DNA from: Oopsacas minuta
Lineage: Eukaryota; Animalia; Porifera
Direction of reading: 5' to 3'
Length of the DNA stretch: 8,663 bases
Assembly: GCA_024704765.1 (NCBI GenBank)
Contig: JAKMXF010000174.1
Span: 1 to 8,663 of the forward strand
Position numbers and translations under genes: made by a program. The notes below the pieces were generated by a model. It saw only the letters and a list, made by a program, of their open reading frames with translations. It was not told where the DNA came from and ran no database searches. This document shows, in pieces, positions 1-7,572 of the stretch (the first letter of the stretch is position 1; each line of letters starts with the position of its first letter).

Positions 1-1135
1 ATCATCTTCAGGCTCTTCATCCGACAATGACTCATCTGGGCAATCTCCAAGCAGGTTTATTGGGTTTGTATCCGGGTGGATAGAGCTAGCTATTGCATCT
101 ACATATTGAGTTGGACTATAATCTCTTGACGCAAGCTTTTCTTTGCATTGAGCAAGAAACGAATCATTTTGGATGTCCTCCAACTAACGACTCCGAGTAA
201 TGTCAATACCTTTTGCTAGGCGCTGAAAATCTAAACCTGCATCCTGTATCGCTTATTGAGGTTTTCAACATAAAACCATGCACCGGGTGAGAGACCACGA
301 TGTCCTTTTTTAGTCTACAGTGGTAGTTCTCTGCGCCATTATTTGTGAAATGTTGGCAGTTAAAAAAAGATAATTCGTTCCTAGGAATAAAAATAATCCA
401 TTGACGTCTTAAATACTTCCTAAAAATTGTATATTGATTCGTATGAACTTCACTAAGAGGCAAACTCCCAGTTCCAGTTGATTGAACACAGATATAATCT
501 GATCTTCAGGAAGGAAAGGGAGAGTAATAAATGATCTAACTTGTTTAATAAAATCTGCATTATTGTGATAAACAGTTAACAGACCTAACTTTTGCATTTC
601 CGCCAAATACAATGAGTATAGTGGAAATGACATCCTCGTAGATGAATACCTATGAACTCTCTCCTTACAGCATTTCTAGCTCCTTTCTCCCAATCAGACA
701 TTCCATGGATAGATTTTAGTTGCGGAACAAGTTCGCGTATTCTAACTAGAACAGCTGTGTAGATTTCCTCATGCTTGGATCTAAGAAGACAATGGATAAC
801 CGGTAGTACATTGAGTCCAATGCGGGCGATAATAGTCCACAATTGATAGAACTGGGGTGATACCGTATAAAATGTACCATCAAAATAAATGTGATCCACT
901 TCAGAGAGAAATCATTATCTTATCTGAGAACAATGTCGCACCAGTTTCACAACCCACTTGTACTTCACCTTTGTAGCATATACCAAAGTCAGATGATACA
1001 ATAAGTTGACAAATTCAGTAGGCTTTTTGACGTACTTACACTTACTTTTTCAAAACAAGTTGTGTTGTTCATTGTATGTAAATTTACCTACAGCTCTTGT
1101 AATAGATTTAAACACGTAGTGTTGTGTTGTAAGTT
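1..1135 (-). pseudogene. MULE (Mutator-like) DDE transposase remnant, frameshifted, extends past the window's left edge
   Basis: Stitching minus-strand frames gives ...DFGICYKGEVQVGCETGATLFSDKIM/FLSEVDHIYFDGTFYTVSPQFYQLWTI...IHCLL...GMSDWEKGARNAVRREFIGIHLRGCHFHYTHCIWRK/QKLGL...LPFLP.../TNNGAENYHCRLK.../DFQRLAKGIDITRSR*LEDIQND...KEKLASRDYSPTQYVDAIASS. It has the MULE signature D (DGTF, codon 879-881), D (SDWE), CxxH (GCHFH) and E (TNNGAE). It explains ORFs 585..899, 409..633 and 203..463. The upstream limit is approximate. Confidence 0.92.
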
Positions 1136-1226
1136 TATTTGAACATGAAAATCACTACCAAACAGTACATTGTTGATTACAAGTCCTAAAAAAAACAAAA
1201 TGCACTCATGTTAAAGAGTTAAATAC

Positions 1227-1786
1227 TTCAAAAATGAACTGTTGAACGAGCTTATCTTTTGTGACCAGCAATGTCTTCCCTTATCAAAACCACATGCAAT
1301 CGCCCATCATTGCACTGTCCCAGCGGCCCTGAAACCGTTTTTCCATTAGCTGAATATCTTAGTGAAATTTCTCACAATGTTCCTCGCTGAAATCCCCAAA
1401 ATCTTCTGGAAAGAAGTCAAGATGAGAGGATAAAAAATGAAGCTTCAACGACATGCGACATCCCATTTTTTGTTAGCTTGTAATCAGAGTATTCACTATC
1501 TCTCCATATTAGGATCTTTGTTATTTCCTAAAAGGCCATTAACTACATCTCGAAATGCCAGCTATGCTTTTATTTCTGTTTCGGTCATTTTATCCTCCAG
1601 GGTTCTTGACTTTAACATGGTGGTAATTTGGGGGCCAACAAATATTCCTCCCTTTAGTTTAGCATCTGATAATTTTGGAAACATTGCACGGATTTCTTGA
1701 AAAGCTTCTCCTTCAAAATCCAAAGCTTTAAGAAATTGCTTTACTAGAACTACTTTTATATGAAGAGGTGGTAGTAAAACCTTTTC
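1227..1786 (-). pseudogene. Chapaev3-type (CMC superfamily) transposase, C-terminal fragment
   Basis: The minus strand reads EKVLLPPLHIKVVLVKQFLKALD...FPKLSDAKLKGGIFVGPQI...KA*LAFRDVVNGLLGNNKDPN/YGEIVNTLITS*QKMGCRMSLKLHFLSSHLDFFPEDFGDFSEEHCEKFH*DIQLMEKRFQ/GRWDSAMMGDCMW, with a stop at 1227-1229. This matches the recalled Chapaev3 consensus (LPPLHIKLGL..QFVKAL; GCNMSLK.HFL.SHLD.FP; SEE.GERFHQDI..ME.RYQGRW). It is truncated at the N at 1787. CACTACCAAACA at 1153 is a possible CAC-type terminus (weak). Confidence 0.85.
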
Positions 1787-1787
1787 N

Positions 1788-2256
1788 ACAGTCAGTTTCA
1801 ATATTCTACCCATAGAATTGGGGAACTACACTAAACAAAGTATTGTCACTCAAAATCTATTGTTACAACAACAATACACACTATATCGTCCAATTCATAG
1901 CATTACTTTCAGTTTGTTTAGTAACCGATTGTATGTTATTAGCTGAACGATGTGAATTATTCACAGTCAGTTTCAATATTCTACCCATAGAATTTAGAAA
2001 GTAAACTAAACAAAGTATTGTCACTCAAAATCTATTGTTACAACAACAATACACACTATATCGTCCAATTCATAGCATTTCACTCAGTTTGACTATTACC
2101 CGATTATATATTATTAGCTGAACGACGTGAATTATTCACAGTCACTTTCATTATTCTACCCACGGAATTGGGAAAGTACCCTAATTATAGTTTTGTCACT
2201 CAATATCAAAGGTTACAACAAATTTCACTACATGTAGGTAAAATCATAGCATTTCA
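1788..2256 (+). repeat. 175-bp tandem repeat, left arm (about 2.7 units)
   Basis: Units start with ACAGTCA at 1788, 1963 and 2138, a period of exactly 175. Units 1 and 2 differ at about 15 of 175 positions (~91% identity by hand). Unit 3 is partial and more diverged. Confidence 0.97.
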
Positions 2257-2885
2257 ACAACAACAACTTTGTTTGCATTAAAGTCAGTGAAATACCAAGT
2301 ATTGAACTATGCTTTGAGCATTATGTTGTGATATTTGTAAATACACTCTCAATACTTTGTATAGTGTACCTTCACATTTCTATGTGTAGATTATTGAAAC
2401 TGAGTGTGAATAATTTACATAGTTCGGATGATCACATCAACCTTGTTTGTAATCAAAGTGAGTGATGTACTCTGTTTTGAAATATAAATTCAGGAATATG
2501 TTGTGACATTTGATATTGAGTGACAATACTTTGTATAGTATACTTTCTCCATTCAATGTGTAGATTGTTGAAACTGACTGTGAATAATTCACATAGTTCA
2601 GCTGATCAGAACAACTTTGTTTGTAATCAAAGTGAGTGAAATGCTGTGTATCATACAATATTCCAATAAATAACTTGTAGCATTTAAATTTGAGGGGCCA
2701 TAATTTGTAGTTGATACTTTTACATTTGTGTGCATTAAAACTTGAATTTTGTCCAATGAAATTGGTTAATGTTCTACTAATCTCTTCAAATCTGCCTATT
2801 TGTAAATTGAATGAAATGCTTTGCATAGAAGAATATTCCAATGAATACCTTGTCCTATTTCAGAATTCAGACACAATCTGTTTGT
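2257..2885 (-). repeat. Same 174-175-bp repeat family in inverted orientation, right arm (about 3.5 units)
   Basis: The reverse complement contains GAATTATTCACAGTCAGTTTCAA, CAAAGTATTGTCACTCAA and AGCATTTCACTCA, all shared with the left arm. GAAATGCT recurs at 2638 and 2813 (period 175). The outermost unit (~2700-2885) is strongly diverged, so the right boundary is approximate. Confidence 0.9.
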
Positions 2886-3681
2886 ATTCAGATTCTTCTC
2901 CTGTTGAAAGGGAGTCAATAGCTCTACGAGTGCTGCCGGTTGCTTCTCTGACATGGTGTTGGAATGTTTCAGGAGAATTAGTAGGGGCAGAATGTTTTTC
3001 AATTTCTTTATGTAAATCATTAAGTTGACGAATATCATTCACCTGAGTGAGAGAAAGAGGAATGCGTATAGCTTCTTAGAAACCAATAGTATGTAATGTT
3101 TCGGTAATAGTTAACGGGCATCGAATTGCAATCAAACCGTTATTCGTTATAGATGGTCTGAGTAAATTAAAGGAATTAATATCAGAAGACCAAACTAACC
3201 AAAGATTAGGCAAACTCGAGTGCTTCGTTTTGGATACCAAGTCTTCCAGTGTGATAATCTGGTAAAAGTTCTTTGTCTTGGTTATACTGTAGTAGACTCT
3301 CATTTATCGCAGTATCAATCAAATGCTGTTCTCTAAATGATCTATCAAATCTCTGAGGTGTAGTGTCAGATGATGATGAGACATGAAGTGGATATCCCAG
3401 GTAGAAATCTTAGCACTGCATCCTTCTGCAATTTAGGCTTACCTGGTACTTCTAAGTATGTTCCATCTACCTAATGGATAGAAAATCTGGTCTGAATTTC
3501 TTCGCCGAGGAAATGTTGTGAGCACACAAACACATTCGATAAGTATTTGATGCTTTTTCTACAGAACGCTCGAAGCAACGATTAAAAAGATCAGGTGGAC
3601 CATTTGGCAACTTTAATACCGGAGTATAAGGTTCTCCTGCGTAATCACTCCGACATACGGGGCAGAACACCTGTTGGGCAT
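2886..3681 (-). pseudogene. THAP-domain transposase N-terminal fragment (P-element/THAP9-like)
   Basis: ATG at 3681-3679. Across frameshifts it reads MPNRCSA/PVCRSDYAGEPYTPVLKLPNGPPDLFNR/(W)LRAFCRKSIKYLSNVFVCSQHFLGEEIQ...KPKLQKDAVLRFLP/GYPLHVSSSSDTTPQRFDRSFRE.../TLEDLVSKTKHSSLPNLWLVWSS...IRQLNDLHKEIEK. The THAP hallmarks are present: N-terminal Cx3C, conserved P and W, CxxHF at 3524-3510, and an AVP-like 'DAVL' box. The catalytic domain is absent, so the P-type call rests on the N-terminal architecture only. Confidence 0.8.
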
Positions 3682-3917
3682 GACAAGCAGATTGAAAGTA
3701 TATAAAAAGGAAAAATCAAGAAGTAGATTAAAGAAATGCACATAACTGATAGAACAAGTTGGAGAAGCGGTATTACAGAGATAAAACTAAGTTGTTTAAA
3801 TAACTATGGATAGAAGTACAAGAGGGCAAGGTACAACGGGTGGTGAGTAGGTAAATGTATTGTTTCACTAAATTGAACGTAACATAAAGGTTGATTAATA
3901 TAAATATTATGGGTTTC

Positions 3918-4073
3918 TAAGAAATACTTTTTTAAGCCTTCAACGACATCCATGGTCTTTAAATCGCTTAAGAATACTTTTTAAGCTCAAGATTTCGGTG
4001 GATACCATCAAATACATGATTATTTCAAGTAAAATTTGATGGACTTAAACGTCATCCATTGTCCAAAAATCGC
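3918..4073. repeat. Patchwork of short direct and inverted repeats
   Basis: Motif A, TAAGA(A)ATACTTTTT(T)AAGC, lies at 3918-3937 and 3969-3986. Motif B (29 bp, 23/29 identical) lies at 3939-3967 and 4045-4073. The inverted 9-mer CCATCAAAT/ATTTGATGG lies at 4005-4013 and 4034-4042. Confidence 0.8.
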
Positions 4074-4109
4074 ACTAGTGAACAGGCCTTATTATAACGT
4101 AGGTCACGA

Positions 4110-4447
4110 GTGAACCTATCTCCATTTGCAAGGAAACAGACCTATATCGCTCTTCACAATTATTCGGACCGATTATGTTGATATTTTGAATTCTGAAGCG
4201 ATTTTAAATTGAACATTGCGGATTTCCCAGAATCCTACTAGGGACAACATTTCTCTTCTGGGTAGTGGTCGCAGATGTTGAACGTTCACTACTCTGCCTG
4301 TTTGTGGTAGCACCAGTCGCCTTGTATCTTTTAATAGTACGATATATCTTTCGCCTGCCCGCTTGCGGAAATTGAGAATCTTCAGGATTTGGCATTGTTT
4401 TTCCCTTGTAAATATATATGAGAATCGCCACCCCTATTCTATTCCAT
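4110..4447 (-). pseudogene. Tc1/mariner-superfamily transposase N-terminal DNA-binding region (Tc1/maT-like), truncated
   Basis: ATG at 4447-4445. Reconstructed: ME*NR/VAIL..YLQGKNNA/(E)ILKILN/FPQAGRRKIYRTIKRYKATGATTNRQSSERSTSATTTQKRNVVPSRILGNPQCSI/KIASEFKIST*SVRIIVKSDIGLFPCKWR*VH. This fits a paired-like HTH (IYRTIKRY.ETG...R.RSGRP), then NP..S.R..A..L.IS..SV..I, then the L..YK motif. No DDE domain is present. Confidence 0.82.
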
Positions 4448-4580
4448 ATTCCCTAGAATCTTTTAGCTTGTTCAGAATGTACAGATTATCATTATCTACT
4501 TGGAATATATACATTGTTACTTATATTACAGTATAGCTGTTCATTTTCGTTAATTAATAACTAACTGCACTTCATCAAAT

Positions 4581-4607
4581 GGTACAGAACTTATTCATCA
4601 CGCTATA
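4581..4607 (-). mobile_element. Candidate 5' TIR plus TA of the Tc1-like element
   Basis: The minus strand reads TA|TAGCGTGATGAATAAGTTCTGTACC about 160 bp upstream of the ATG. It resembles Tc1/mariner TIRs and shares the AATAAGT core with the mariner TIR in this window. No partner TIR was found. Confidence 0.4.
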
Positions 4608-4786
4608 AGTAATATACAGGCAGGAAACTAAATTCTTTTCTAGACAAGGGTAAATACGAAGTGAACTGTATTTTTTCACTGCCAATAATTCTTGATATTT
4701 TGAAGATTCAGTTGGCTAGTTTTTATGTCAGTATTCGCTTTACCTCGAAAATCGTTACAATTATTCTAATATCTAGATACATTGGT

Positions 4787-4865
4787 ACCTGCCTTGTACG
4801 ACTACCTAGCGTTCCGACAAATGTGGTCGTAAAGACAGGTGATAGTTGGCCACAGGTTTGCTATA
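4787..4865 (+). mobile_element. pogo/Tigger-like right terminus with subterminal inverted repeat
   Basis: ACCTGCCTTGTACGACTAC (4787-4805) is an imperfect inverted repeat of GTGGTCGTAAAGACAGGT (4823-4840). It is followed by ...ACAGGTTTGCTA|TA (to 4865), resembling recalled invertebrate pogo-like ends (...GACAGGTGGTCG...ACAGGTTTGACTG|TA). The hairpin is seen directly; the family is inferred. Confidence 0.45.
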
Positions 4866-4989
4866 GCCGAATTATTTTTCTATACAATAACTATTGATCA
4901 ATTAAATGTGTGCACAAATGTGCTAGTACAATGTTGCAAGGCAATATATCGGGAAATATTTCCATTTTATCTACTAATACAAATTATGT

Positions 4990-5370
4990 TAACTTTTTTG
5001 TAAAACAAACTATACAGTGTACCTTGCTTCAAGTTTCGGATCTTTTTATTCTCCACCAAATAATCGGCCCTAGCATAATTTCAAGGAGGCTTTCTTCATT
5101 AATAGAAAGAGAAAACATCTTCAGTTTTCCAATCATGACAGCTGCTTCTGCCATGGAAATTCCTTACCTGACCTTTCACTCTGTTTTTGTCACTATCTTC
5201 ATTTTCATCAGTGTAACTTTCTGAGTCTTTTAAATCCAGCCCCTTTACTTTTTCTAACATCTCCGTTTCCCAATCATCTCTATACGTAGGTATCAAATTT
5301 TGCCAAGTAATTATCAAATGTAGCAAATTTAGGTACGTCATGCCATCTAGAATACACTCAACTTCTGTCA
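4990..5370 (-). pseudogene. pogo/Tigger (CENP-B-like) transposase C-terminal fragment
   Basis: Stitched frames read ILDGMTYLN/FATFDNYLAKFDT/YRDDWETEMLEKVKGLDLKDSESYTDENEDSDKNRVKG/ISMAEAAVMIGKLKMFSLSINEESLLEIM/ADYLVENKKIRNLKQGTLYSLFYKK. This is an acidic tract, a helical 'EA...L..F' segment and a terminal KQxxLxxFF-like motif, typical of Tigger/pogo tails. Confidence 0.72.
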
Positions 5371-5372
5371 TA

Positions 5373-6702
5373 ATAGTGCTTTCAAGAAGTCTTGAGGTGA
5401 TAGCATAGAATATGACACAAACACTAAACACACTAATTCACTATAATATTTATTCAAAGTAATCCCCTCCTGCAGATACACAAAGATTTAACTTTTCCAC
5501 CCACTTGTAAAACACATTTCTGTACTCTTTTTCGGGGATGGATTAGAAGTACTGGTACAGGCCCGTTCCGAATGCTTGTAATATGCTAAAATCTTTGACT
5601 TGAATGTAGATTTTAAGCTTGAGGAATAGCCAAAAATCACACTGATCTAGCTCTGGTGAGTATGGTGGATGGTGAAGTAATTCTAACCCTTCTACATCCA
5701 AGAAATTTTTGGTAGGCTTAGCTGTATGGGAACTAGGTTATCAATTAAAATCTTCATTCCTCGAAATTCGGTTTTCGGGCTGTACTTTTCTATATTTTTT
5801 ATCAAATTTGGTAGCACTTACTCTGTAAAGAAAGTAGCAGTAATAGCCTTGCCACTCTCACAAGTTAATTGCAAGACTAATTCATGACTACTAAAGAAGA
5901 TGGTATACATAATCTTAGGTTTTCTGAAGTCGGGTCGAGGAAGTTTCGCAGGTTGCTCGTCGCCCTTCACCCATGATCGCTTCCTATACTTGCTATATGG
6001 TGTTGAATAGTACATCCACGTTTCGTCACAAGTAATAATCTCTGTTAGCCGTCTAGAATTGTAGTTATCATAAGTTTCCAAGAATTTCTTGACAATATTC
6101 AGTCGGCACACCTTTGTACCTCACTGAACTGATGTGTGTCCCATTTCCCACATATCTATCGGTTCCCAAGCGCAGTCAGCCTAATTGTATGGAAAGCTCC
6201 GGATAAAATTTCCATTCTTTGTTCTAACTAATTGGCAGTAATGCAGTTGTCTTCCATGACCATATTTTCAATGAATGCGATATTCTCTGAAGTGTTGGCG
6301 GATACCGGTTTCCCAAATCGAGGCTAATCTGTGACATCAGTATCACCAGATCTAAAACGGGAAGCCCATCGCTCTACAGTAGATCGAGAATAGCAATCCA
6401 GGCACAATATCTCCAGTAACACGCTGAAGATCTGTACAGGCTGGATCTTGAGTATTGTGCGAAACTCTATGTAAGTTCTCCATTTGAGGTTGAAATTATC
6501 ATACTTTGAAGCAATAAATTCAATAGTGGTATCAATGACCACACGTAATTTTCTCAAAAATTCATAATTTGTATTTATTAAGCTTGAAACTTTCAGTGTA
6601 TGGAGTTTGGCCATATCGGCTTATAATATAGCAAAGTTAGATAAATTACTTGACTAATTCCTAAGATATATCATGATCCGCGAGACTTATTGAACGCCCT
6701 GA
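5373..6702 (-). mobile_element. Full-length (1330 bp) degenerate DD34D mariner element with TIRs and TA ends
   Basis: The left TIR ATAGTGCTTTCAAGAAGTCTTGAGG (5373-5397) and the reverse complement of the right TIR, TCAGGGCGTTCAATAAGTCTCGCGG (6678-6702), are 18/25 identical. TA lies at 5371-5372 and 6703-6704. The length is typical of mariner, and the TIRs enclose a complete transposase remnant. Confidence 0.85.
5450..6502 (-). pseudogene. mariner DD34D transposase, full length but with stops and frameshifts
   Basis: It reads DNFNLKWRTYIEFRTILKI...SRSTVERWASRFRSGDTDVTD*PRFGKP...ICGKWDTHQF (degraded WVPHxL).../IITCDETWMYY...KIMYTIFF...ILIDN/(A)SSHTAK...HHPPYSPELDQCDFWLFLKLK...CVSAGGDYFE*, with a stop at 5450-5452. 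Restoring a 1-bp deletion gives 34 residues between the second D (DN) and the third D (CD). Confidence 0.95.
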
Positions 6703-6704
6703 TA

Positions 6705-7458
6705 ATCATAAAGTACTATAGCAAACTATAGGATATATGATCCTTCACTTTTATGCTGCTTGCCAATCTAATACGAAACTAATATTTGGCCTTCAGAAGA
6801 AAAAGGTTGAAGACCCCTGCTCTAAAGTTTGTAGCGAACGAGCTTTAGCTATCCTGGCCCCATATTTTTCTATTGAATTTTTTGGATAAAATGTAGAGGG
6901 GTAGGACGTTAAATCTAAATGAAAGCCTACATAATATAATTTGGAATTCCATTAGCCAGACCAATGCAATCGACTTGGACCTGATGCATAACGGAATAAG
7001 TCTCGCAGTCATTAAATATAACGGTGAGTTTGCAGGCATTCTAGAGCTAGTGCATGAGATTGGTATAGCCCCAACAAAAAATTTTATACAGTTATGCAAT
7101 AGTTTGGATAATGAACATAAATGTCATAAAGAGTATAAGTATGACAATAGTACCACCAAGAGGAGATTTTCGCTAAAGCAGACCAAACGTAATGGAAAAG
7201 AACGGGTAGTGGATATAATAGTGGTGCATTTTCTGGTATTTTTTGCATAGATGAGGTATGTGTGTTGTGTGGTGGTCATGACGATAGTACTGTATTGGGT
7301 AGAGGTAAGTGTATTTCTAATATTGCTAAATTTTATTGAGTTCGTTCTAATTTTTGTGTTAGTTAGTATCATGTTTTTTGTCTTAGTCATTTTGGTATTG
7401 TAACTGGTTAAGTGGATGAGAAGATATATGGGTATGCCCTGGATGCAACCGTTCATAG
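6705..7458 (+). pseudogene. C-terminal part of a Kolobok/'Mutator-like' family DDE transposase fused to a PHD finger
   Basis: The plus strand reads NH(K)Y.S...HFYAACQ...RALAILAPYFSIEF/DKCRG/GRTLNLNESLHNIIWNSISQTNAIDLDLMHNGISLAVIKYNGEFAGILELVHEIGI...KRRFSLKQTKRNGKER/GSGYNSGAFSG. This fits the C..G.T(Q)N.NES..S.IW...A.LAV..(F/Y)N.G...GY..G.F tail (probable catalytic E at 6921-6923). It then continues into CVLC...*VRSNFCVS*YHVFC.../WVCPGCNRS* (stop 7456-7458). The superfamily assignment is uncertain. Confidence 0.8.
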
Positions 7459-7550
7459 ATTGGTCCCTCTATTTTAAACATATTATTCATTTTTCCCTAA
7501 TTTATAGTTATGTTTAAGTTATAATTTAGTCCTTTTCAGTATACTCTAGT

Positions 7551-7572
7551 TATGTTATGATATGATATGATA
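7551..7572. repeat. (TATGA)n microsatellite, about 4 units
   Basis: TATGT TATGA TATGA TATGA TA. Confidence 0.7.

Noticed and set aside
1437-1700. Plus-strand ORF, 87 aa
   Set aside because: Antisense shadow of the Chapaev3 transposase.
2080-2465. Selection for an RNA hairpin (G:U-biased mismatches between the arms)
   Set aside because: In the one 58-bp block scored by hand, wobble-compatible mismatches were 5 for the + transcript and 4 for the - transcript out of 19, so there is no bias. The hairpin-RNA idea remains untested.
1788-2885. CRISPR array or coding repeat (ORF 2437..2841 with a 58-aa period; 'FVCNQSE*' resembling a C2H2 finger)
   Set aside because: The units are 175 bp with no unique spacers and no cas genes. 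The left-arm period (175) is not a multiple of 3, the frames contain stops, and the zinc-ligand spacing is not sustained.
2711-3038. ORFs 2711..3028 (+) and 2796..3038 (-)
   Set aside because: They span the repeat/THAP junction in antisense or alternative frames and have no recognisable motifs.
3467-3670. RING-finger or RAG1-like reading of ORF MFCPVCRSD...
   Set aside because: The 'CPVC' is a frameshift product of the THAP start MPNRCSA/PVC, and the downstream CSQHF and DAV motifs show it is a THAP domain.
4661-5224. ORFs 4661..4897 (+) and 4910..5224 (+)
   Set aside because: No motifs. The second is antisense to the pogo tail and the first crosses a terminal hairpin.
6845-7456. ORFs 6845..7099 (-) and Thr-rich 7124..7456 (-)
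   Set aside because: Antisense shadows of the plus-strand transposase and PHD region; the Thr richness reflects GT-rich sense codons.
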